From NCBI GenBank assembly GCA_040905565.1, contig JBBDRF010000081.1:1-64000 (forward strand): a stretch of 64,000 bases of DNA, in the 5' to 3' direction. Every line of letters begins with the position of its first letter. Position 1 is the stretch's first letter. This stretch comes from Phycisphaeraceae bacterium (GTDB lineage: Bacteria > Planctomycetota > Phycisphaerae > Phycisphaerales > Zrk34). The notes below the pieces were generated by a model. The model made no database searches and was not told where the DNA came from. It was given only the letters and a program-made list of their open reading frames with translations. A program made the translations under genes and the position numbers. Positions 46,330-56,577 of the stretch are shown here, one piece after another.

Positions 46330-47376
46330 GTGGGCATAAGCGTCGCACAACTCGCAGCGCAGATCGGCGCGACGCTGGCCGGTGAAGCCGACGGCGACGC
46401 CATCGTCGACCATTGCGCCACCCTCGAGGAAGCCGGCCCCTCAGCCATCACCTTCCTGACCAATCGCAAATACACCTCGCAGCTTGCCGCCACGCAAGCC
46501 GCAGCCGTGATCGTCGGCAAAGGGGTCGAGACGACCGGCAAAACACTGCTGGTCGTGCCCGACGATCCCTACTTCGCCTTCCGCAACGCCGTCGTCGCGC
46601 TGCACGGCTTCCGCAAGCATCCGCAGCTCGACGAGCAGCGCATCAGCCCCCAGGCCGTCGTTCACGATTCCGCCACCATCGGCGCCGGCACCACGGTGCA
46701 TCCGTTCGCCGTGATCGGCCCGGACGCGAAAATCGGCGAAAACTGCGTCATCTACCCCCACTGCTTCATCGGCCCTGAAGCGAACATCGGCGACGACTGC
46801 CAACTGTTCCCCTCCGTCACCGTCTACGACCGCTGCGTCCTCGGCAACCGCGTGACGCTCCACGCCGGCTGTGTGATCGGGCAGGATGGCTTCGGCTACG
46901 CCACCCACGCCGGCGAGCATCACAAGATCCCGCAGGTCGGCCACGTGGTCGTCGAAGATGATGTGGAGATGGGCGCCAACTGCTCCATCGATCGCGCCAC
47001 CGTCGGCGCGACCGTCATCGGCCGCGGCACCAAGTTCTCCGATTGCGTCACCATCGGCCACGGCACAAAAGTCGGCAAGCACAACCTCTATGTCGGGCTC
47101 GTCGGCCTCGCCGGCAGCGTCCAGACCGGCGATTACGTCGTCATGGGCGGGCAGGTCGGCGTCGCAGGGCACCTGAAGATCGGCTCCAACGTCCAGATCG
47201 CCGCCACCAGCGGTGTCATGAGCGACATCCCCAGCAACAGCCAAGTCGGCGGCACCCCCGCGCTCCCGCTCACCGAAGCCAAGCGCATCCACCTCTCCAC
47301 CGTCAGGCTCCCCGACGTCATCGCCCGCGTGAAAAAACTCGAACGCCAACTCGAGAAGCTCACGCCCGCCGAATAA
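46330..47376 (+). CDS. lpxD: UDP-3-O-acylglucosamine N-acyltransferase
   Basis: Hexapeptide repeats, IGQDGFGY, KIPQVG.V, IDRA, GQVGVAGH. Confidence 0.95.
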   Translation: MGISVAQLAAQIGATLAGEADGDAIVDHCATLEEAGPSAITFLTNRKYTSQLAATQAAAVIVGKGVETTGKTLLVVPDDPYFAFRNAVVALHGFRKHPQLDEQRISPQAVVHDSATIGAGTTVHPFAVIGPDAKIGENCVIYPHCFIGPEANIGDDCQLFPSVTVYDRCVLGNRVTLHAGCVIGQDGFGYATHAGEHHKIPQVGHVVVEDDVEMGANCSIDRATVGATVIGRGTKFSDCVTIGHGTKVGKHNLYVGLVGLAGSVQTGDYVVMGGQVGVAGHLKIGSNVQIAATSGVMSDIPSNSQVGGTPALPLTEAKRIHLSTVRLPDVIARVKKLERQLEKLTPAE

Positions 47377-47540
47377 CGCACCAGAGCCGTCGCTTATGTG
47401 ATCCCGCTTGACCGTTATGTTCTGTTGGCCTAGCTTTGTTTACAGGGACGCGCTTCGGCGCGAGCAGCGGTTGTTCGTCCGCTGTGGTGGGGGGCTGGGG
47501 AAACCCGCGATTCGATTTCACCTCTGACAGGAGGCCAGAC

Positions 47541-48164
47541 ATGGCTTTTACGCTTCCGGAGCTTGGCTACGCTTACGACGCACTTGAACCGCATATCGAT
47601 GCGAAGACGATGGAAATCCATCACACGAAGCACCACAATACCTATGTGACCAAGCTCAACGGCGCGGTTGAGGGCACCGAGTGGGCGGATAAGGACATCG
47701 CCGACGTCGTCGCGAACATTACCCGCGTGCCGGAAAACATCCGCACCGCCGTCCGCAACAACGGCGGCGGGCACTTCAACCACTCGTTCTTCTGGCCCCT
47801 GCTCAAGAAAGACGGCGGCAAGCCCACCGGACAGCTCGCCTCGGCCATCGACAGCGACCTCGGCGGGTTCGACAAGTTCAAGGAAGACTTCACCAACGCC
47901 GCCCTGACGCGCTTCGGCAGCGGCTGGGCGTGGGTCTGCCTCAATAATGACGGCAAACTCTGCGTCTGCTCCACCGCCAATCAGGACAACCCGCTGATGG
48001 CCGGCATCGTCGAGTGCCCCGGCAAGCCGATCCTCGGCATCGACGTCTGGGAGCACGCGTACTACCTCAACTACCAGAACCGGCGCCCCGACTACGTCGC
48101 CGCGTTCTTCGAAGTCATCAACTGGGATCAGGCCGAGCAGAACTTCCAAGCCGCCAAGGCCTGA
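47541..48164 (+). CDS. sodA: Superoxide dismutase (Mn/Fe family, Mn-type signature)
   Basis: [42 protein letters not shown]. Confidence 0.95.
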   Translation: MAFTLPELGYAYDALEPHIDAKTMEIHHTKHHNTYVTKLNGAVEGTEWADKDIADVVANITRVPENIRTAVRNNGGGHFNHSFFWPLLKKDGGKPTGQLASAIDSDLGGFDKFKEDFTNAALTRFGSGWAWVCLNNDGKLCVCSTANQDNPLMAGIVECPGKPILGIDVWEHAYYLNYQNRRPDYVAAFFEVINWDQAEQNFQAAKA

Positions 48165-48208
48165 TGAAGTTAACGGGCGGTCACAGATCGCCGTTTGCTC
48201 CCGAACCC

Positions 48209-48247
48209 ACACCCTCGTGCCCCACCCGGCGCGGGGGTGTTTTTTTT
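48209..48247 (+). terminator. Intrinsic terminator after sodA
   Basis: 13-bp stem ACACCCTCGTGCC/GGCGCGGGGGTGT followed by a T run. Confidence 0.8.
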
Positions 48248-48250
48248 GGT

Positions 48251-49111
48251 TCATCCCCGCCGCTGCTCCGCCAACCGTGCCAGCTCCTTGCGACATCGCC
48301 TTGCGTGGCCGCGGAAGCTCAGCGTGTAGAGCCCCGGCGAAAGCGTCCACAGCATCATTCCCAACCATGTGATCCAGCTCGGCCACAGCTCCGGCCTCGG
48401 CTTGCGAATTCCACGCAGAATCTTGCCTGCCACCTGCTCCGGCGTCTGCATGAAGATGCGTGGCGTGTTCTCCGCCAAGGCCTCGGCTCCCGCGCCGTCG
48501 GCGATCACGTCGAAAAACTCCGTCGCTGTGCCCCCCGGATAGATGCAGGTCACGCGGATGTCCTCGGGCTCCAGTTCCATCCGCAACCCTGCCGCCGCCG
48601 CGTGCTGCGCCGCCTTCGTCGCGGCATACTCCCCGTAATAAGGCAGGCCCACCCGCCCCACCACGCTGGAGGTAAGCATGATGTGCCCCTTCCCCCAGCC
48701 AGCGTCGCGCTGCGTCCGCATCATCTCCGCCGCCGCCCGCGCGCATCGGATCGACCCGTGATAGTTCACCTCCCAAAGCCGCCTTTGCGTCTGCGAATCG
48801 GTCTCCAGCAGCGGCCCGAAGTGCCCCAGCCCCGCGTTCGCCAGCATCACATCGATCCGCCCAAACAGCTCCACCGCCTGTGTCACCAGCTGCTGAACGT
48901 CGGCATCCACACTCACATCCGTCGCCACTGCCAGCACGCCCTGCGCCCCCTTCTGCTCGCACTGCGACGCAAGTTCCTCCAGCCGATCCAGCCGTCTCGC
49001 TGCGAGCACCACGCGCATCTTCGCAGCCGCCGCGGCCAGCGCCGTCGCTTTGCCGATGCCCGCCGAGGCCCCGGTGATGATGATCACGCGACCGGCCAGC
49101 TCACCGCTCAT
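48251..49111 (-). CDS. Short-chain dehydrogenase/reductase
   Basis: TGASAGIG, ANAG, SS, YAATK. Confidence 0.93.
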   Translation of the reverse strand: MSGELAGRVIIITGASAGIGKATALAAAAAKMRVVLAARRLDRLEELASQCEQKGAQGVLAVATDVSVDADVQQLVTQAVELFGRIDVMLANAGLGHFGPLLETDSQTQRRLWEVNYHGSIRCARAAAEMMRTQRDAGWGKGHIMLTSSVVGRVGLPYYGEYAATKAAQHAAAAGLRMELEPEDIRVTCIYPGGTATEFFDVIADGAGAEALAENTPRIFMQTPEQVAGKILRGIRKPRPELWPSWITWLGMMLWTLSPGLYTLSFRGHARRCRKELARLAEQRRG

Positions 49112-49857
49112 CGCCCGCCTCCCCGCTTCTGCAGATACGTGCGCAACTGCTTGATCCGCAAATCAAACGGCGGGTGACTGTTGAAGTACGCCATCCAGTC
49201 GTCGCCCGCCTTGCCGTGGTGTTCCTTGAGCCGTTCGAGCATATGAACGCCCGCCATGGCATCGAACCCCGCTGCCCGACTGAGCACCCCGCCCATCCGG
49301 TCGGCCACGAGTTCCGCTTCCTTCGAGTAGGCACTTTGCAGCATCTTCGCCCCGGCCGAGCGAATCCATTGCCCCGCCATGCCCGCCACAGGCACCGCGC
49401 GAGCTGCTGCGAAGATCGCCTGATTGCTCATCATCCGCTCCATCGGATGTTCCTTGATCACGTGCCCCATCTCATGACCGAGGATGAACGCCAGCTCCGC
49501 TTCACCGCCGTCGGTCGCGATGATCAGGTCGATCAGCCTGCGGGTGATGAACACATGCCCGCCCGGCAGCGCGAACGCGTTCACGTCGTCACCGCCGAGT
49601 ACGGTGAAGGTGAAGCGCCGCTGTTTGTTGCGGACCCTCGCCACCATCGCCTGCCCCACCCGCTGCACCTGCTCCGCCAGCTCGAACTCGGCATCGATGC
49701 CCATCTGCTCCCGGAACGCCGCCGCCATGTCGCGGCCGGTCGCCTCCTCGGCCGCGAGCCGTTCCGCTTCCGTCCCGGTTAGCGATTCCCACACCCACCG
49801 CCCCTTACGCAGGTGCACCCCCGCATGCTGACCCAGCTTGTGAAACCAATCCGCCAT
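49108..49857 (-). CDS. M48 family metallopeptidase
   Basis: NAFALPGG, ELAFILGHEMGH, E..AD, SHP; 4-bp overlap with the SDR gene. Confidence 0.92.
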   Translation of the reverse strand: MADWFHKLGQHAGVHLRKGRWVWESLTGTEAERLAAEEATGRDMAAAFREQMGIDAEFELAEQVQRVGQAMVARVRNKQRRFTFTVLGGDDVNAFALPGGHVFITRRLIDLIIATDGGEAELAFILGHEMGHVIKEHPMERMMSNQAIFAAARAVPVAGMAGQWIRSAGAKMLQSAYSKEAELVADRMGGVLSRAAGFDAMAGVHMLERLKEHHGKAGDDWMAYFNSHPPFDLRIKQLRTYLQKRGGGR

Positions 49858-49984
49858 CGTCACTTCCTTACGCACATCTTCGACACCAACTCTAGCACGC
49901 CCCGGTCAAGCCACAAATCCCGAATGCTCACTTACCGACTCCGGCTCGCTTGACCGTCACCGCTTTCGACGGGACCATGTCGCG

Positions 49985-51025
49985 ATGAACGATCAGAACC
50001 CCATCCCCGTGGCCGTTGTGGGTGTCGGACGCATGGGCCGGCATCACGCCCGCATTTATCGTCAGCTCGAGCAGGCGGACCTCGTCGCCGTGGTCGATCC
50101 TGATCAGGATCGCGCCGGCGCCCTGGCTGACGAATTCAACTGCGACGCCCTCAGCAGCATCGACGAGCTTCGCGAGCGGCATCCCAATGTCCGCGCCGTC
50201 ACCGTGGCCGTGCCCACCAGCTACCACGAGCAGATCGCCGGCCCGCTCCTCGAAGCCGGCATCGCCTGCCTCATCGAAAAGCCTCTCGCACAATCCGTCG
50301 AAGTCGCCCAGCGCATCGTCGCCACCGCACGCAGCAGCGGCTCGCTTGTGCAGGTGGGACATACCGAACGTTTCAACCCCGCCGTTCGCGCCATCAGTGA
50401 GCTGGAAATCACGCCCCGCTTTATCGAGGTCGACCGCGTCAGCCCCATGAGCTTCCGCTCCATCGACGTCGGCGTCGTCTTCGACATCATGATCCACGAT
50501 ATCGACATCGTTCTGATGATGGCCCAGTCGCCCCTGCGTGATGTCCGCGCCGCCGGCGTCGCTGTGCTCGGCCGTCACGAGGATGTCGCCAACGCCCGCC
50601 TGGAGTTTGAGGACGGCTGCGTCGCCAACCTTACCGCCAGCCGCCTCGCGCTGAAGACCGAGCGAAAGCTTCGCGTTTTCAGCGAGACCGCCTACATCTC
50701 GCTCAACTACGCCACGAAGTCAGGCGTTTTGCTCAACCGCACCGACAACACCGCCGCTCTGGACGAGGTCCGCCAGCAGATCGAGCAAGGTGCCGACCTC
50801 TCAGAGCTCGACTACGCCGATCTGGTCAACGTGCGTGATATTACGATTGAAGATGAGGAGCCGCTGCGTGCGGAACTCGTGAATTTCCTTGACGCCGTCG
50901 CAGGCCGCGCTCGCCCCGCCGTCGATGCCGCCGCCGGTTTCGCCGCCGTCGAAACGGCCCAGCGGGTCGTCGATGCCATCCGCCAGCACACCTGGTCAGG
51001 CCTCGACGCCGGCAAGCCGCTCTGA
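49985..51025 (+). CDS. Gfo/Idh/MocA oxidoreductase (GnnA-like)
   Basis: GVGRMG..H, EKP, GHTERFNPA, DIMIHDID. Confidence 0.9.
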   Translation: MNDQNPIPVAVVGVGRMGRHHARIYRQLEQADLVAVVDPDQDRAGALADEFNCDALSSIDELRERHPNVRAVTVAVPTSYHEQIAGPLLEAGIACLIEKPLAQSVEVAQRIVATARSSGSLVQVGHTERFNPAVRAISELEITPRFIEVDRVSPMSFRSIDVGVVFDIMIHDIDIVLMMAQSPLRDVRAAGVAVLGRHEDVANARLEFEDGCVANLTASRLALKTERKLRVFSETAYISLNYATKSGVLLNRTDNTAALDEVRQQIEQGADLSELDYADLVNVRDITIEDEEPLRAELVNFLDAVAGRARPAVDAAAGFAAVETAQRVVDAIRQHTWSGLDAGKPL

Positions 51026-51086
51026 TCCCCAACGCTTGCTGCAAAGGGTCGGCAAACAGCCGGGGGCTCACAGGCCGCCGCTCACC

Positions 51087-51638
51087 TCATCGTGCCGCCG
51101 CGGCAGCAGTGCGTCGTGTCGCGGCTTTGAACGTCCGCCTCGCGATCACCTTCTGCTCAGCCTGTTTTTGAATCTGGCGCACCCGCTCACGACTTAGATC
51201 AAACAGCCGCCCCACCTCTTCAAGCGTCATCTGCCGACCATCGGCGATGCCGTAGCGCAGCTTCAGAATCTCGCGTTCACGCCGCGCCAGCTTGCATCCG
51301 CGATCTCTAAGCCCCTCACGGACATAGGTTTCGTCCAGATCCTCCGCCTGCGGCTCCGCCAACTCCAGCCCGTGCCGCTGCAGAAACACCTCCACGTGCT
51401 CAAGCGACGTCTGACCAAAATTCTCAATCGTCAGCAGATCCGCGGCACTGCGCTCGAGCAGGTCCCCCACCGATCGGATACCCGCCACCTGCAACCATCG
51501 GCGAGGCCGATTCGGCACGGGCATATCCTTGATGAGCATGTCAGCGATCCGTTGAGGATTCGACGCATCGGGCATGTTGGCACTTGCAGAAACCGTGTTG
51601 GTACCGCCCCGGACGCGGGGGGGGTAGGAATCAATCAT
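51087..51638 (-). CDS. RNA polymerase alpha-CTD / sigma-70 region 4 fusion protein
   Basis: alpha-CTD-like [54 protein letters not shown]; sigma4-like [34 protein letters not shown]; alternative start 51575. Confidence 0.85.
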   Translation of the reverse strand: MIDSYPPRVRGGTNTVSASANMPDASNPQRIADMLIKDMPVPNRPRRWLQVAGIRSVGDLLERSAADLLTIENFGQTSLEHVEVFLQRHGLELAEPQAEDLDETYVREGLRDRGCKLARREREILKLRYGIADGRQMTLEEVGRLFDLSRERVRQIQKQAEQKVIARRTFKAATRRTAAAAAR

Positions 51639-51704
51639 CGCACGGCGTCGCACGACGCCTGATGGTGAAAACATGGTACATGATTCGCGCGACGCGAGCA
51701 ACGA

Positions 51705-51732
51705 TTGATAACGCTAACCTTCTGCCTGTCAA
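51705..51732 (-). promoter_or_regulatory. Candidate sigma-70 promoter for the alphaCTD-sigma4 gene
   Basis: Minus strand TTGACA (51732-51727), 16-nt spacer, TATCAA. Confidence 0.45.
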
Positions 51733-51794
51733 GTAACTCCGTCGCATTCGTGCAACAAAAAACCCGCGCTGATGCGCCCGCGTAGGTCACGTGA

Positions 51795-52151
51795 TCAGCC
51801 CACCTGCGACCCTGCCGGAAGCTCCGCGTCAGGCTTCAGCAGCAGCACCCGTTGCACCTGTTCATCCGATGCGTCCGTCGCTGCCAGCAGCATCCCCTGC
51901 GACTCTTCGCCCCGAAGTTTCCGCGGCGCCAGGTTCGCCACCATCACAATCTGACGCCCCACCAGTTGCTCAGGCTCATAGAACGCCCGCACGCCGGCGC
52001 AGATTTGTCGTTGACCAATCTCGGGGCCGAGATCGACCTGAAGTTTCAACAATCGGTCCGCATTGGGGTGCGGCTCGCACGCCGTCACCGTCGCCACACG
52101 CAGATCCAGCTTCGCGAAATCGTCGAACGCAATCAGTTCTTTCAAGCTCAT
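51795..52151 (-). CDS. Stand-alone tRNA-binding OB-fold protein (MetG C-terminal / Trbp111 / CsaA family)
   Basis: IAFDDFAKLDLRV, HPNADRLLKL.VDLG, NLAPRKLRG.ESQGMLLAA. Confidence 0.92.
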   Translation of the reverse strand: MSLKELIAFDDFAKLDLRVATVTACEPHPNADRLLKLQVDLGPEIGQRQICAGVRAFYEPEQLVGRQIVMVANLAPRKLRGEESQGMLLAATDASDEQVQRVLLLKPDAELPAGSQVG

Positions 52152-52277
52152 AGCAGAAATCCTTCAATAAATGGGAAACCGCAAATCATACCCCGCCCTG
52201 CCGTTTCCCGCAGCCGCGGCCTCGGTCCTATGAGCCGGCACACCCCTCGCGTTGACGATCCCCCGGCGTGCGACGAT

Positions 52278-52299
52278 CACTTACTGACGTGCGTGGCTC
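52278..52299. repeat. Single family C arm (CACTTACTGACGTGCGTGGCTC)
   Basis: Identical to 62152-62173. Confidence 0.8.
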
Positions 52300-52371
52300 A
52301 AGGGCGCATAAAGAACGCCGACGTTTTGAGGCGTCGGCGTTCGTGAAGGTTCAGATTGTCGCGAGCGTCGC

Positions 52372-55089
52372 TTAGTTGCCGTCGGCGTTAAGGGCGGCCT
52401 GGGCGGCGGAGAGGCGTGCGACGGGGACGCGGAACGGTGAGCAGGAAACGTAGTCCAGCCCGACCTTCGCACAGAAGTCGATCGAGGCCGGGTCGCCGCC
52501 GTGCTCGCCGCAGATGCCGAGCTTGAGGTTCGGCTTTGTCTGTCGGCCCTTCTCAACACCCATCTGCACGAGCTGGCCGACGCCCGTCGCGTCGAGCGTC
52601 TGGAACGGATCGAGCGGCAGGATTTCCTGATCGATGTAGTCCGGCAGGAAGCCGTTCACATCGTCACGGCTGTAGCCGAAGGTCATCTGCGTCAGGTCGT
52701 TCGTGCCGAAGCTGAAGAAGTCCGCATGCTGGGCGACATCGTCCGCAGTCAGAGCGGCACGCGGAATCTCGATCATGGTGCCGATGATGATCGGCAGGCT
52801 CTTGGTGAACTTCTTGTCCTTCTTCACGTCCTTGATGACCTGCTCGGTCAGAGCGCGGAGGATCTGAAGTTCCTTAGCCGTGCCGACCAGCGGGATCATG
52901 ATCTCGGGCTTCACGGCGACGCGCTTCTTGAGGCAGGCGATGGCCGCTTCGGTGATCGCCCGGACCTGCATCTCCAGGATCTCGGGGTAGGTCACCGACA
53001 AGCGACAGCCGCGATGGCCGAGCATCGGGTTCATCTCGTGGAGGAACGCGACGCGGGCCTTGACCTTGGCGGGGCTGAGCTTGAGCTGCTTGGCAACCTG
53101 CGCCTGCGACTTCGCGTCGTGAGGCAGGAATTCATGCAGCGGCGGATCGAGCAGACGCACCGTGACGGGCAGGCCCTTCATGGCCGTGAAGATGCCGATG
53201 AAGTCCTCACGCTGATACGGCAGAAGCTTCTCGAGTGCCTTGCGGCGGTCCGCTTCGCTCTCGGCGAGGATCATCTCACGCATCGCGAGGATGCGGTCGC
53301 CTTCGAAGAACATGTGCTCGGTCCGGCAGAGGCCGATGCCCTGTGCGCCGAACTCACGCGCCCGCTTGGCATCGTTGGGCGTGTCGGCGTTGGTGCGAAC
53401 GTCCAGCTTGCGGTACTTGTCAGCCCATCGCATGAGCTTCGCGAAGTCGCCCGACAGTGCCGGCGCCTGCGTGGGCACTTCGCCAGCCATGACTTCACCG
53501 GTGGTGCCGTCGAGGCTGAGCGTGTCCTTGCCTTTGTAGGTCTTGCCGTTGACGGTGATCTGCTTCTTCGCCGCGTCGATGGTGATCTCACCGGCCCCGG
53601 CGACGCAGCACTTGCCCCAGCCTCGGGCGACGACCGCAGCGTGACTGGTCATGCCGCCTGTCGAGGTGAGGATGCCCGCTGCCGAGTGCATGCCGTCGAT
53701 GTCCTCAGGGCTCGTCTCCTTGCGGACCAGCAGCACCTTCTCGCCGTTGTGCGTGCGCTCGACCGCTTCCTCAGCGGTGAAGGCCAGCTTGCCGACCGCT
53801 GCACCGGGCGATGCGGGCAGGCCGATCGTCAGCACGGTGCGCTTGGCTTTCGGATCGAACGAGGGAAGCAGCAGCTGATTCAGATCGTTCGGCGGCACGC
53901 GAAGGACCGCTTCCTTCTCCGTGATCAGCTTCTCACGCGCCATGTCGACCGCAAGCTTCACCGCAGCAGCGCCGGTGCGCTTGCCGTTACGCGTCTGAAG
54001 CATGAACAGTTTGTCACGCTCGACGGTGAACTCGATGTCCTGCATGTCGCGGTAGTGCGTTTCGAGCTTCTTCTTGATCTGCAGAAGCTGCTTGTAAACG
54101 CGGTTGTTCCACTTGGGCATCTCGCCGATCGGCTTGGGCGTCCGGATGCCGGCCACCACGTCCTCGCCCTGGGCGTTGATGAGGAACTCGCCGTAGAACT
54201 TGTTCTGGCCGGTCGAAGGGTCACGGGTGAACGCGACACCGGTGCCGCAGTCGTCACCCATGTTGCCGAAGACCATCGTCTGGACGTTCACCGCGGTGCC
54301 GAGCAGCCCGGTGATGTTCTCGACCTGGCGATAGCGGACGGCGCGGTTCGTGTTCCAGCTCTTGAAGACCGCCTCGATCGAAAGCTCAAGCTGCTTGAGC
54401 GGATCCTGCGGGAACGGCTTGCCCACGTGCTTGCGGTAGACCTTCTTGTACGCGTCGCACAGTTCGATCATGCCCTTGGTGGGCACGTCGGTGTCGAGCT
54501 TCGCGTTGTACTTCTTTTTGACTTTGTCGAACGCTTCTTCGAAGTGCTCGTGGCCGACGTTCATGACGACGTCGCCGAACATGTTAATCAGGCGGCGGTA
54601 GGCGTCGTAAGCAAAGCGCTCGTTGCCGGTGTTGTTCGCGAGGCCGGTGACGCTGGCGTCGGTGAGGCCGAGGTTCAGGATGGTGTTCATCATGCCCGGC
54701 ATGGACTTGGCCGCACCGGAACGGACGCTCATCAGCAGCGGATCGCTTACGTCGCCGAAGGTCTTGCCCGTTTCCTTCTGCAGCATGTTCGCCGCCTTCT
54801 GCACCTGGTCCATCAGCCCGCCGGGCAGCTTGCGACCTTCGCTGTAGTAGCGGGCGCAAACGTCGGTGGTGATGGTGAAGCCCGCCGGCACAGGCAGGCC
54901 GATGCTGGTCATCTCGGCGAGGTTCGCGCCCTTGCCGCCGAGCAGCTCACGCATCGAGCGATCGCCCTCGGTCTTCGTGCTGCCGAAGTAGTAGACCATT
55001 TTGTCGGCGCGGGGGGCGCGGCGGGTGGTCTTCTTCGTCGTCTTCTTTTTCGTGCTCTTCTTCTTGCGTGTCGTCGTCGCGGTGGCCAT
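52372..55089 (-). CDS. ppdK: Pyruvate, phosphate dikinase
   Basis: LGGKGANLAEM, SVRSGA..SMPGMM, GGMTSHAAVVARG, GIGLCRTEHM, SFGTNDLTQ, GICGEHGG; ATG 55089. Confidence 0.98.
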   Translation of the reverse strand: MATATTTRKKKSTKKKTTKKTTRRAPRADKMVYYFGSTKTEGDRSMRELLGGKGANLAEMTSIGLPVPAGFTITTDVCARYYSEGRKLPGGLMDQVQKAANMLQKETGKTFGDVSDPLLMSVRSGAAKSMPGMMNTILNLGLTDASVTGLANNTGNERFAYDAYRRLINMFGDVVMNVGHEHFEEAFDKVKKKYNAKLDTDVPTKGMIELCDAYKKVYRKHVGKPFPQDPLKQLELSIEAVFKSWNTNRAVRYRQVENITGLLGTAVNVQTMVFGNMGDDCGTGVAFTRDPSTGQNKFYGEFLINAQGEDVVAGIRTPKPIGEMPKWNNRVYKQLLQIKKKLETHYRDMQDIEFTVERDKLFMLQTRNGKRTGAAAVKLAVDMAREKLITEKEAVLRVPPNDLNQLLLPSFDPKAKRTVLTIGLPASPGAAVGKLAFTAEEAVERTHNGEKVLLVRKETSPEDIDGMHSAAGILTSTGGMTSHAAVVARGWGKCCVAGAGEITIDAAKKQITVNGKTYKGKDTLSLDGTTGEVMAGEVPTQAPALSGDFAKLMRWADKYRKLDVRTNADTPNDAKRAREFGAQGIGLCRTEHMFFEGDRILAMREMILAESEADRRKALEKLLPYQREDFIGIFTAMKGLPVTVRLLDPPLHEFLPHDAKSQAQVAKQLKLSPAKVKARVAFLHEMNPMLGHRGCRLSVTYPEILEMQVRAITEAAIACLKKRVAVKPEIMIPLVGTAKELQILRALTEQVIKDVKKDKKFTKSLPIIIGTMIEIPRAALTADDVAQHADFFSFGTNDLTQMTFGYSRDDVNGFLPDYIDQEILPLDPFQTLDATGVGQLVQMGVEKGRQTKPNLKLGICGEHGGDPASIDFCAKVGLDYVSCSPFRVPVARLSAAQAALNADGN

Positions 55090-55231
55090 GTTGGATCGAT
55101 CCCAAAATGAGGTGTAGCGCCCGGCCAGGAGCAAACGCGAAGCGCACCAGCCGTCGGCGAAGTTATTCAATTACACTTCTATCACCAGCACAGTTACAGG
55201 CTGGGGAAAGGGGAAAGTATAGTATCGGGCA

Positions 55232-56551
55232 ATGGTTCGTCAATTAAATCCCCAATCCGACGACGCAGCCCTCACCGCGTTTTTACAGTTATCCGCCTCG
55301 CAGCCGGCCGCCTTTCTGCACTCAGGCCGACACCATTCACGCTGGGCGAAACGCTCCATCCTCGCGCAGCCGCGCGCCTGGTTCCGCCATTGGGCAAGCG
55401 GAAAAAGTGAGTTGCTCGACGCCGCGACCCTTCTTCCGCTGCCTGAAAGTAAGCAACTTTCTCACCGACTCTGGCGCGATCTGCGATGGCTTCTGAATGA
55501 ACCCAGCCTCGCCGGAAAATGGATCGGCACGATCGGCTACGAAGTCAACCGCTTCATCGAACCCGAACGCCTCCCCCCCCACCGTGGCCGCGCCGACGAT
55601 CGCGGTTCGCCGGTCGTTGAGTTGGCGCTGTGTCCGGCGCCGACCGTCTATCCCGCCGCAACTTCGCCAGCGGGGGCGGGGGGAACGGGGGGGGCGGTGT
55701 CGGCGTTACCCGTGGCGATCGCGGAGAAGATCGGCCGCAGCCGGGCGGACTACGAAGCCGCCGTGGCGCAGGTGCTCGAGTACATCGGCGCGGGCGACGT
55801 GTTTCAGGTAAACCTCGCCCAGCGCTTTACCCTGCCGTTCGTGGGCAACCCGCGCGAGCTCTACCGTCGCCTCGCCGCGATCAGCCCCGCGTGGTACGGC
55901 GCGTATCTCGACCTGCCCCCACTGCAATCGAACCAGCCGGGCCGAAGCCTGCTCTGCACCAGCCCCGAATTGTTCCTCGATGTGAGCGACGGGCATGTCA
56001 TCACGCGCCCGATCAAGGGCACCCGCCCCGCCTCCGCGTCCGCTGACGAGTTGCGAGCCAGTGAGAAGGATGCCGCCGAGCTGAACATGATCGTCGACCT
56101 GATGCGTAACGACCTCGGCCGCGTCTGCGACTACGGCAGCGTGAAGGTGACCGAGCCTCGCACCATCGAAAGCCACCCCACCGTGCACCACGGCGTCGCC
56201 ACCATCGAAGGGCAGATGCACCCCAGCCGTGACATCGTCGACCTGCTGCGGGCCACGCTACCCGGCGGGTCGGTCACCGGCGCGCCCAAGGTGCGGGCGA
56301 TGCAGATCATCGACGAACTCGAACCCGTCGCCCGGGGCCCGTACTGCGGCGTGATCGGCATGCTCAGCCGCGACGAAGCCGTCCTCAACATCGCCATCCG
56401 AACCTGCGCCATATCACCCGTGGCGGCCGACACGCACCTCGCCGATTTCTGGGCAGGCGGCGGCATCGTCGCCGATTCCTCCCCCGCCGCGGAGTATCTG
56501 GAAACCCTCGACAAAGCCGCCGCCGTCTGGCACGCCCTCGCTGGACCCTGA
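55232..56551 (+). CDS. pabB: Chorismate-binding enzyme (aminodeoxychorismate synthase component I-like)
   Basis: GDVFQVNL, SPELFL, TRPIKGT (PabB-type), ELNMIVDLMRNDLG, PGGSVTGAPK. Confidence 0.82.
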   Translation: MVRQLNPQSDDAALTAFLQLSASQPAAFLHSGRHHSRWAKRSILAQPRAWFRHWASGKSELLDAATLLPLPESKQLSHRLWRDLRWLLNEPSLAGKWIGTIGYEVNRFIEPERLPPHRGRADDRGSPVVELALCPAPTVYPAATSPAGAGGTGGAVSALPVAIAEKIGRSRADYEAAVAQVLEYIGAGDVFQVNLAQRFTLPFVGNPRELYRRLAAISPAWYGAYLDLPPLQSNQPGRSLLCTSPELFLDVSDGHVITRPIKGTRPASASADELRASEKDAAELNMIVDLMRNDLGRVCDYGSVKVTEPRTIESHPTVHHGVATIEGQMHPSRDIVDLLRATLPGGSVTGAPKVRAMQIIDELEPVARGPYCGVIGMLSRDEAVLNIAIRTCAISPVAADTHLADFWAGGGIVADSSPAAEYLETLDKAAAVWHALAGP

Positions 56552-56577
56552 GACCGCAGCCTCCTAAGTTGGCGTCT

